A stretch of DNA of 63,894 nucleotides, counting the filler, from Octopus bimaculoides (lineage: Eukaryota): assembly GCF_001194135.2 (NCBI RefSeq). It is 5 parts of 5 records of this genome, joined end to end, with 100 filler letters (N's around TTAATTAATTAA, not from the genome) between each part and the next. Parts side by side here need not be neighbours in the genome. Positions count along the whole stretch, not along the records: positions 34,699 to 62,407 come from NC_068985.1; positions 62,508 to 63,894 come from NC_068982.1; 3 more parts are not named here. One strand, 5' to 3'. The notes beneath the pieces are model-generated. The model saw only the letters and a program-made list of their open reading frames with translations, was not told the DNA's origin and did no database searches. Both the position numbers and the translations under genes were made by a program. The first letter of the stretch is position 1; each line of letters opens with the position of its first letter. This document shows positions 53,771 to 63,894 of the stretch, one piece after another.

Positions 53771-54247
53771 CTGTAAAATAAAGAAAAAAAGTATTTTTAT
53801 TATTGTTCTGTTTGGATTTTTTTTTCTGTAAGTAAAAATTAGACAATGAAAGACATCTTGGTACAATTGTAGACCAAAAGTCATTATTTAAAATATCAAA
53901 GAGCCTAATTAGAACTTTTCTGGACTCGTATCTATTGATTAACAATTAGGATTTAAGATAATTCATTAAAAAAATCTTGCAAAATCTTAATCTAGATTGG
54001 ATCACACCACAGTTTTTGTATAAAGAGCTTTAATAATGACTAATGAATAAATATGATTGATCCTTTAATTCAATTTGTGAAGCTGATTGTCTTTGATTAG
54101 GGTCTTGTATAAAAGAATACAATACAACACCAGTAGCAGAGTGCTATCCTTGTTGCATCTTACTAACTCATTTTATAATTTATTCACTACCATGCAAGGT
54201 TACAAATAATACAGTTTTTAAAATATAGAAGATTCAAAATTAGATAC

Positions 54248-54328
54248 CGGAATAACAAGTTTCTTAGCTTCTAAAAAGTGTTCATAAGCACCAAGTGTAG
54301 TGGGTCCATTAGCAGCTTCAGCAATGAT
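54248..54328 (-). CDS. GLUD1: Glutamate dehydrogenase exon (IIAEAANGPTTLGAYEHFLEAKKLVIP)
   Basis: 81 bp, ttctag| and |gtatct, phase 0/0; E.ANGPTT motif. Confidence 0.97.
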
Positions 54329-54424
54329 CTAGAAAGAAAAATTAAAAATAGAAAAAAATTTTGTGGCTTCTTCAAAGCACTTCTTCACATGGAAACATAA
54401 AAGAAGATAGAATGAACTACACAC

Positions 54425-54460
<36 letters not shown>

Positions 54461-54742
54461 TGGCTTATGGCAGATGAATGAGAGACGTGTGCTCAATACA
54501 TGTACACTCTCAGAGTGGTTGGCGTTAGGAAGGACATCCAGCTGTAAAAACTCTGCCAAATCAGATTGGAGCCTGGTGTAGCCATCCGGTTTCACCAGTC
54601 CTCAGTCAAATCGTCCAACCCATGCTAGCATGGAAAGCGGACGTTAAACAACGACGATGATGATGATGATGATGATATGAGTATTTTTTTAAATATTACT
54701 AAACGTTCGTCTCATGACTTAAGCCTCACAGCACTGTGATCT

Positions 54743-54785
54743 TCTCACCTGAAGATTGCAGTGGCACAAAACTCAAGTTGTGAGA
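54743..54785 (+). ncRNA. Decayed type I hammerhead ribozyme motif
   Basis: TCTCAC CTGAAGA TTGC AGTG GCAC AAAA CTCAAGTT GTGAGA: perfect 6-bp stem I; two G>A changes at putative CpGs; AATAAA downstream. Confidence 0.6.
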
Positions 54786-55143
54786 CAAATTTTCAGTTTC
54801 AATAAAAGAAAAGCTATAAATATGTTTCTGTGTGCATGTGTCGTTAATGCACCTGACATTTCACATTCCCAAGCATTACACTGGATATGAATATATACAT
54901 ATAATAAAGAAAGTTGATAATCTGAAGCAGTTAAGTGATAAACTTTAAGGCTGATAAATGTAAGACAGTTTTTTAAATAATCTTTGAAGACAAGTATTAA
55001 GTATCAAAACCCTAAATTATTCACTCTCAGCAGTGACTAAGTCACTTTGTATAGGGACACTTTTTTAGGATTTAGTTGACAATAATTAAGACCACAAGAA
55101 TATATTTAAAATATAAGTAAAATACAACATTTAAATGATGTGT

Positions 55144-55626
55144 TTAATTCAAATTACGATAAACGTAAACAAACAAAGTTTGCTTTTAGAAGCGTTGAGA
55201 TGTCTTAGAAAGTTAAAGAAGTGATTTTAAATTCTCAAACGCAGGATAATGCTAATAATATAGCCTGAACAGGATAAGCTACCCCTATTTTGCAGAAAAA
55301 AGTGTAGGCGGCCAGCCATGAGACGCAAACTCACACCTCCGTGATTACGCATCGTGGTGCTCTCGACCAATTAAGCTAAACTGCCCCATCACAAGTTTTT
55401 CTGCAAATTTAAGATGTATAGAAATCTTGCTTTATGAGACGCTATCATATGTTAAATTCAAATTACGATAAGCGTAAACAAACAAACGAAGTTTGCTCTT
55501 AGAAGCATTGAGATATCTTAGAAAGTTAAAGAAGTAATTTTAAATTCTCAATCGCAGGATAATGCTAATAATATAGCCTGAACAGGACAAACTACCCCTA
55601 TTTTGCAGAAAAAAGTGTAGGCGGCC
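55144..55626 (-). repeat. Partial tandem duplication (about 170-bp unit twice) with a tRNA-like SINE head between the copies
   Basis: 55144-55313 repeats at about 55455-55626; minus strand 55386-55311 reads GGGCAGTTTAGCTTAATTGGTCGAGAGC... Confidence 0.75.
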
Positions 55627-55901
55627 ATAAGTTAATTATACAATCAGTGAGATTATTAATAAATAATCAATGAAATCTACAAGATGAAAATTAACAGAAG
55701 AGGACAAGAGGCATTATTGCACATTATCATGACTAGTTGAACTGTCATCAAATTTTCTGCCGATTCACTATCAATCACTAAACAATAAAATTCATTTCAA
55801 CACAAGATATGCATTCAATATTTCTATCTTGAAATCACTGAAATCAACCTCCTTTTATTAAGAACATAAAATATTAAGTGAAAAAGAAATAGTATATTCA
55901 C

Positions 55902-56042
55902 TTTAGCTTTAACTTTGTGAGCATTTTCCAAGGTTAATTGTTTCTCACCAGCAGCTGGTACAAGAATGTCACACTGTTCATATAAAATACTTTCTCCAAC
56001 ATATGGTTCAGCTTCAGGGAAGCCAACAATAGTTCCATGTTC
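55902..56042 (-). CDS. GLUD1: Glutamate dehydrogenase exon ([47 protein letters not shown])
   Basis: 141 bp, tttcag| and |gtgaat, phase 0/0. Confidence 0.97.
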
Positions 56043-56462
56043 CTGAAATAATGAACAGTACAGAACAGAATTAGCAAAGAAAAATCCCTTCAAATATTAA
56101 ATAACAAGAAAAAAAAATAGAAAGGACCTTACTTAAATTTTAAATATTAATTGCAACAAATAACAAAATTGTCTTCAGAGATGGAAAATGTTTCAATATT
56201 TACATCTAAACTATGTTTCCATCAGTTTGAACTCCGATCAGCATCAGGTGTTTTATTCATGGGTGTATACAGAATACCATAGTGGAATTGAACTAGGAAT
56301 CTTTATTTCTAAACTAAAGATAAAAATGTTCTTATCTACTAGGACACTAACACATAGGCAGACATTTCAACATTTAATACAAAAATCAATATTAATAAAT
56401 TCCTAAAATATTAATATTTATAACGAGAGGTATATTAAAATGACTGAAGATCAATAACTTAC

Positions 56463-56600
56463 TAGTTTATAATCTTCAAGTTTTCGGGGATCAATTCCAT
56501 TTGGATTATAGATAGCACCATCAATTTCCATGATTCCAACACATTTTGCACCAGCTCTGTGAAGATATCTCATTGTGTGGAGACCAACATTACCAAAGCC
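56463..56600 (-). CDS. GLUD1: Glutamate dehydrogenase exon ([46 protein letters not shown]), Rossmann GxGxxG
   Basis: 138 bp, tatttag| and |gtaagt, phase 0/0; most upstream GDH exon found. Confidence 0.98.
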
Positions 56601-58260
56601 CTAAATAGAAAGAAATTAGTTACTGATCATCAGTTCAATAATTTTCAAAATAGCTGATCAGGAGAGATTGGAGCAAACAGAAAAGGGCCAAACCAAAAAA
56701 GTATCCCTAATATTTTGATTACTAACACTCTGCTACTAATTTTATTTATTAGTGCCAAGAATGTTCTACCTATAACAGCAGCACTATACAAATGAAGCAG
56801 AACGAGCCAGTGCATGATCCTCTGTGGTTACTTACCCTGCTAGAAATAGCAGCCAAATTTCTCTTAGCTTGCACCAACCCCAAAATGGAAGTTGACATTG
56901 AATATATTTCAGTATACATTTATTAGAAAATAAGATGAAATGGTTGATCATAAACCTGCCCAATAAGAGCTGAACTGAGGCTAAAGAGCAACTAAAAGCA
57001 GGACATTAGTTCACTTATTTCCTGCCTGACAAAACTTAAGCTTTTCTGCAAAGGATATCATCTCATCTACTTGTACTTAATTCCTGAACCATCATTCACC
57101 ATCCTAGCATCACTCCACTTCTATCATGATGTCCATGTAACCAGATATGGCATTCATCTTTCTCCATTTCCTATGGGTCTCTTAGGTGACATCTTCAAAT
57201 ATTAACAGCACCATATTTGATGCTATCCATCACTCATTCTGACACAATTTTATTGCTATCCCTCATCAAGCTGATTGTAGGTTTTTCTATTTAACCAGCA
57301 ACTAGCTGCCAACAATCATTATATAGCTCTCTGCCTTCACCCTCTCTCCTGTTACTCCATTACATTCATACTAATACTCTCTCCTCTTTCTCAATTTGGG
57401 TCACAACTCACCTTCTGTTCACACTATTGGTCACATTTGCTTCGAAGGTTATGCAGAGGAGAAAGGAGACAATACAACCTCTCTGGTGCTGGTGTAACAA
57501 TAAAACATACCCAATATGCTCTGTAAAGTGATTGGTGTTAGGAAGAAACCATGCCAAAAAGGAACAAATGAACGAGACAGGGTCTTCTAATTGCCGAAGG
57601 GGGCAGTTACTCCTAAATAACAATTTACTTGGAGCATGAGGACTCACATGGAAAGCAAACTTAACTGTGTATGTTATTAAGAAGCTCACTTTGTATCCAT
57701 ATGGCTTCAGGTTCAGTCTCACTGTGTGGCATCTTGGGCCAATGTCTTGCAGACTAACTAATGTCTTGTGAGTGAATTTGATTGATGGAATTGTGTTCAA
57801 GTCCATTGTGTGTGTGTGTGCATGTGTGTTTGTACCCCCACCACATGACAACCAGTGTTGGTTTGTTGATGTCCCAGTAGCTTAATGATTTAGCAAAAAA
57901 CAAAAAAAAAGACCAATAGAGTATGCATCAGGCATAAAAAAGAAGTACTAGGATTGATTTGTTCAAGTAATCCCTTCAAAGAGGTGCACCAACATGGTAG
58001 CAGTCCAGGGACTGAGACAAGTAAAATGATATGTATTAACAAGTATTTATCAACATAGCTGATCATTCAATTAGGTCAAGGTAAAATAGATTATCTATTT
58101 TACATTGAATCAGATGGTCTGATTTACAACTTGGAGTGTGTGTAATAAAAATCTTTAAAACAGATGAAATCTAAGTACAATGGTGGTGTCTTTGACATCC
58201 TTTGGTGAGCATGTTTTTAACTCGCTGTAAAATATCTCTGGATAGTTTTTTTTTTTTTCT

Positions 58261-58320
58261 TTAACCCTTTAGCATTCGGATTACACTGTAAAATGTAATG
58301 CTTATTTTTTCACTTTATTT
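58261..58320 (+). mobile_element. Possible piggyBac-type MITE end
   Basis: TTAA followed by CCCTTTAGCATTC; partner end not found. Confidence 0.4.
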
Positions 58321-59475
58321 CGAACTAGCTGGCCCCGTGCTGTCAAAAATGATGGCTAGTTGTAGTATTTTATGTATAAATATGGATGGTAAATCAAATT
58401 AATACACTTGTCAATGTTATCTAGTGGTTGTCTTTTGAGATGTGACACTAATCATTGTTTCTTACTGAAAGAATGCTAGTTCACACATACATTCATATAT
58501 TTCCCTTGTACACACACATACGGCAATCTTTCGATACCAGTACCAAATATCAGCCTTTTCCGTATAAAGATCCAGCAACCCCTGTTAACGGAGACAAAAC
58601 CCAGATTTAAAACACTGGATGATGATGATCTACACACATAAATAAGAAATTTTAATTATATTTGTTATGGAAAATAGAGTAATTTTTATGATTACACAAA
58701 CAAGCACACACATCTGTACACCTAACCAAAGAAAACTTCACTGCAAAATGGAAAGCACGCAAGTAATAAGGTCTAAGAAAGTGAAGGTAAAACCTGACAC
58801 TGAGAGAAGAGTAGATTATGCTAACAATAGCTAAATTTTGCTTTCATGAGAAAGTCTTATTTTCGATGGCTTAGTAGCAATTAAAACCATTTCGATGACA
58901 AAGTTTGTTTAAAATCCTGTAAATAAGTAAATAAAATATAAAGGGAGGAAAAACATCACTAAGATATAATACATTTTGTGGAGGTTTCACTCCCACCCCT
59001 TCTCTCCTTCCATTCTTGAGAACTTCCTATTCACACACCCTGGCCAATCCTCTATCATTCCATTTATATTCACATCCATGTACCTTGAGAGTATGGCCCT
59101 AGCACATTACCACCCCCTCTCTCTCCCTCTGATTGGAGTAACCATGTATTTCCTCTACAGCAAGACACTTGTCTGTCCCTCCACTCATACTCTAACCTCT
59201 CAAAACAGACCTTCTTCAATACCCTCACCCCTACACCTCAAAGGATTCTTGTCTTGTGAGTCACCAAGCACCTATTGCACTCTGCTGGCATTGCGAAGAA
59301 CATCCAGCCATAAAAGCCATGCCAAAGCAGTGGAGCCTGGCACTGTCCTATGGCTTACCAGCTCCTGTGAAATTGTCCAACCCATGCCAGCATGGAAGAG
59401 GGACATTAAATGAGGATGATGATCATCATTTGTAAATAATATTTGCACTCAAAGTTTGAATAACTCAATAAACCT

Positions 59476-59701
59476 TTCTTTTACTTGTTTCAGTCATCTT
59501 GACTGTGGCCATGCTGGAGCAGCCCCATTTAGTTGAACAAATCAATCCCAGGACTTATTCTTTGTAAGCCTAGTACTTATTCTATAAGTCTCTTTTGCCA
59601 AACCACTAAGTTGTGGGAACGTAAACACACCAACATCAGTTGTCAAGCGATGGCGGGGGGTGGGGGTGGGGGCACAAACATGGACACAAAAACACACACA
59701 A

Positions 59702-59734
<33 letters not shown>

Positions 59735-60012
59735 AATTTAAATGAGAGTTTTGACGCTAATAGCCATTATTATTTAAAGAGATTGATCCATAAGGAGTCT
59801 ACTATAGACCTTTGTGGAGAAATTTTTGCTATTATGGTAGCGATTACATGTTTATCTCATCAACACATTGTGGAGATATCATTATATGAACAAATATATA
59901 TATATCCCGAGGCTATAGTAGAAGACACTTGTCCAAGGTGCTATGCAGTGGGACTGAACCCGGAACCTTGTGGTTGGTTAGCAAGCTACTTACCACAGTC
60001 ACTCCTGCGCCT
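59476..60012 (-). mobile_element. SINE family C, longer copy with an internal unrelated stretch
   Basis: Head aggcgcaggagtgactgtggtaagtagcttgc at 60012; tail gactgaaacaagtaaaaga at the left end. Confidence 0.8.
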
Positions 60013-60479
60013 ATATATGCTTAATATATTGTAAATAAAACATAGATCAGAAGCCAATATTCTGAGAAGAAAGTTTGAAATAAAATGTAATGTAGTCTTG
60101 TTTATCACTGATCCAGTGTAACATGGTACACTTAATTGTAACCTATGTCACACTTCTCACAGATTGATCTGTGATAACATGGGTCAGTGGTCAGTTGAAG
60201 ATTCTTCTTGCACAGCAAAAAAATGCATCACGGTAACCATCCACAATGCTCAGCTGCAAAGAATGCATTAACTATTGCTTGTGTTTACATCACCATGCTG
60301 TAAGGCTGCATATGTTTTTATAGATTTATGTACTAATGCCCAAAGACATGCCACCAACAAGCAGAAAAAATATGAAGGTGCCTGATCCTAACAAACAATA
60401 CAGATGAATGCATTCACTACCAGAAAAGGTTCTGATGATCAAGAAAATACACGATGGTAGAAGTTTCACTGCTGAGTCT

Positions 60480-60864
60480 GTTGTTGTTGGTACTCCGTCG
60501 CTTACAACATCAAGGGTTCCAGTTGATCCGATCAACGGAACAGCCTGCTCGTGAAATTAACGTGCAAGTGGCTGAGCACTCCACAGACACGTGTACCCTT
60601 AACGTAGTTCTCGGGGATATTCAGCGTGACACATTGTGACAAGGCTGACCCTTTGAATTACACGCACAACAGAAACAGGAAGTAAGAGTGAGAGAAAGTT
60701 GTGGTGGAAGAGTACAGCAGGATTCGCCACCATCCCCTGCCGGAGCCTCGTGGAGCTTTAGGTGTCCTCGCTCAATAAACACTCACAACGCCCGGTCTGG
60801 GAATCGAAACTGTGATCCTATGACTGCGAGTCCGCTGCCCTAACCACTGGGCCATTGCACCTCC
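60480..60864 (-). mobile_element. Full-length tRNA-derived SINE family E with 13-bp TSD
   Basis: A-box TGGCCCAGTGG, B-box GTTTCGATTCC, (CAA)n tail; CACTGCTGAGTCT at 60467-60479 and 60865-60877. Confidence 0.92.
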
Positions 60865-61583
60865 CACTGCTGAGTCTATCATTCATTCTATTTATAAAGT
60901 GAATGGAGATTATTCCTTTATCAGTTGGTTTTTTTTTGCTTTTGTTTTTTTTTTCTATCTTTTCGAAACTAAACCTCTGTGATAAATGAGGATAGATATT
61001 TATTGAACTCACAAACTCAAGAAACAATGACAATATAAAAAAAGTGACACATTCTAAATGATACAACGAAGTGAATATGATATCAATAATAGTCTTCTTT
61101 TGACATAATAAAAATAGAATTAACCAAACTAAATTTGGAAAATACCCACATACAATGCAAAACCATTATTTTCTTAACAATAATAGACAAATGATTTTAA
61201 TATTTATTTATTAATGTACAAAAATTACTCAAACATGTCTGGAATTTTCTAACAATAAAAGAAAACTTAGGAAAAATTTAGAAATGTAGTAAATAAAAAA
61301 AAAAATATTAATAAATGCAACAGAGCTGCTTTGCTTATTTTTGTTTTTAAACATCAATGGCAATATAAGTAAACATTTCTAAATATTCAGATATTTGCAT
61401 AGGACTGGTAGGAATAAATGTTTTATTATTGAGCAGCTTTTATCACACTAACTAATCAATCAGTAATCAAGTAAATCAATCTGTTTTGAGTCAGATTCAC
61501 TGAAATATTAAGATTGTACTGGCTATACTTTGTAGCTATAAGTATAAAACAATATATATTTGAAATTGTTGTTTGTATTTGTA

Positions 61584-62276
61584 ACTAGCAGAGATACCCA
61601 GCATTGCTTGGGATTAAAAGGGCAAAGTTTGTATATAAGAAGAGAAAGTGAACAGGACAGAGAGAGCAGGAAGTGAAAGATATATGCACATGTATACGAA
61701 ATGGACATGTGTGTGTGTGTGTGTGTATGTGTGTATGCGCATGTGAGTGAGTGAATGAGTGAAGGTGTATGTTGTGATGATTGATGTCTTAAGCTACACA
61801 CACATATAGAAAATGTGATGTCATTGTCGTATAAAATGTTTACGATAGTTCATTTATGGAAAAGATTATAATGTTAAATTTTTGAAATGCAAATATGTGA
61901 ATGTGAAAATTAAGTTTAGTTTGTAGCCAAAGTAGTACTGAATCTTTTGATACCCCATACATCAAAATCAGTAACTCAGTTTTGGAATGCATAAGGAATA
62001 GGAATAAATAAATAAATAAATATATATATATATAGGACAGACTTCTTTCAAACTGAAAGTATTATCTAACATTACAATAGAGATGTAATACTGAAATAGT
62101 GTAAGAGATAAGAGATTGCACTGGGCTCGCATTAGGCAAGAAGTTGAACATTTTTTTGGCCCATGACACTGCATGGACCCTAAGTAAGGCATGTGTAAAA
62201 TTTGAATGAAATTGGTTATGTAGTTCTCGAGTTTTAGGGATTCACACAGACAATATATATATATATATATATATAG
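61584..62276 (+). mobile_element. Non-autonomous Helitron/Helentron-like element
   Basis: Starts ACTAG with a subterminal hairpin CCCAGCATTGCTTGGG; ends aaatttgaatgaaattggttatgtagttctcgag...cacagaca(ta)n, the layout of DINE-1/Lep1-like elements. Confidence 0.5.
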
Positions 62277-63894
62277 TTTTAGGGAAAATAACCAATTTTC
62301 AAGAACTCATCGATGAAAATCCACTATCACATATAGAAAAATTAATAATTAAAAGCACAATAAATGAGTATAATATAAAGTAAAGTAAATATTATAAGAT
62401 AAATATANNNNNNNNNNNNNNNNNNNNNNNNNNNNNNNNNNNNNNNNNNNNTTAATTAATTAANNNNNNNNNNNNNNNNNNNNNNNNNNNNNNNNNNNNN
62501 NNNNNNNATATATATATATATATATATATATATACGTGATGGATTTATATATATGAGTATAAGCGTCGTTTCCGTCTACCTAATTCCTCTCACAAGATCT
62601 GATTTGATGAACTCGAACTAATCCACCAACTCAATATGGAAACACTCAGTGTACCAAAGTATTCAATGTACAGAACTTGTAGAATAGTCACCACTGCTAT
62701 CACCACTAGATTCGTTTTATGACAGATTTATAGATCTTAGTAAATAATGGCTTCTTCTTTACACAAATGGCCAACGATTTTGAGGCGAAGATTTAGTCGA
62801 CACCATCAACCCAGCACTTTATTGATACTTTATTTTACCGAACCCGAAAAATGAAAGGCAAAGTTGACCTCGGTAAAATTCGAACTTAAGAAAGTAATAA
62901 GCCGAAAGATATAAAGGAAAGCATTAGTTATCCGGAGTTGTTGCAAATCATACAATATACAATATTTTTGCTGATATTCAATTGGGTTTTGTCCGACTGT
63001 TTCAAAGAAATAATTATTAATCTCCTTCGCTCGTACGTTACTAGCTTAAGACCATGACTATCTGTGGTGTTAGACAATAAATAATTGTCCGAATATGTTG
63101 GTAGAGGTGCCCTACACTCAGATTCTGTTAAGATATTCAAATGAAAACCCTACAGCATCTCCAAATATCTAAATCCAGGTTTCACAAAACCAAAGCATCG
63201 ATGACTAATTTGAGTATGACATCAAGTAAAGTTAATAAAAAGTTTCTGCTTTTATTTTTCATTATTTCACATGATTTACGTCCTTCAGAACATTCAGGAA
63301 GACATAGACGTGACTATCTAATGTCTTCATTCCTAAATATTTAATCGTATATGCTAATGTATGAATCAATATTAAAGATTTGCATCAGTTAGAGAAACAG
63401 AAATAAAATTAAATGCTTAGAGATTTCATCCATCAAGATAATTAATTATGTAATTAAAAGATACATAAATTATTCATAATTCCTGCAAACTAACGATAAA
63501 TCATCTTTCACAATTTTTACTCGATATCGGTTTTCTTTAATGAAATTTTACAAGAAAATAATCAAGTCCCATTACATTTAATGGATCGTTGGACCACCTT
63601 TGACGATTTCCTGTTCATATAGTAAGCTGGCGGTAAGCTAGCTTCACACGATCTATTTTCGCTCTTAATTATAAGAGCCTAGCGAGGTGTAATTCCTTTA
63701 AACCTAAAATTAAAGTTTTGCAAACTCAACTTCCTACAAACGTACCCTCTCAGCACAATCACATATATTATGTGCATATATAGATTTAATATATGTATGT
63801 GTGAGTGTCTGTGTGTATTCCACCATTTTGAATAACAGAGACTTCATTGTTTCTTTATATTTACTGTATTACTTTTCTCATATATATATATATA

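Noticed and set aside
62928-63344. Possible Penelope RT or cadherin-like fragment
   Set aside because: Only vague motif resemblance; no diagnostic motif such as YxDD or DxNDN intact

Overview
Eukaryotic, AT-rich, microsatellite- and gap-ridden genomic DNA; the repeat landscape strongly suggests a cephalopod (Octopus-like) draft assembly (inference). The only securely identifiable gene is the 3' half (last 7 coding exons, minus strand, 48645-56600) of an animal-type mitochondrial glutamate dehydrogenase (GLUD/GDH). Its upstream exons are not visible in the window. A second minus-strand gene probably starts near 37547 (39-codon first exon with a good donor), and isolated candidate micro-exons lie further left. 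The rest is transposon-derived: a decayed, near full-length CR1-type LINE (39130-44330) interrupted by a hAT-type element with an 8-bp TSD and by a SINE; RLE-type (R4/Dong-like), Tx1/L1-like, RTE and Penelope-like fragments; several tRNA-derived SINE families; and several minimal hammerhead-ribozyme motifs. Most interesting: (1) three tandem, independently 5'-truncated RLE retrotransposon ends, each embedded in (ACAT)n microsatellite; (2) a palindromic element in a GDH intron whose arms carry a tRNA-like head followed by a hammerhead motif; (3) a SINE sharing its 3' end with a Tx1-like LINE; (4) a His at the GDH antenna position equivalent to human Ser445. Four N44-TTAATTAATTAA-N44 blocks are assembly linkers. 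Nearly all ORFs in the supplied track are microsatellite or N-run artefacts.
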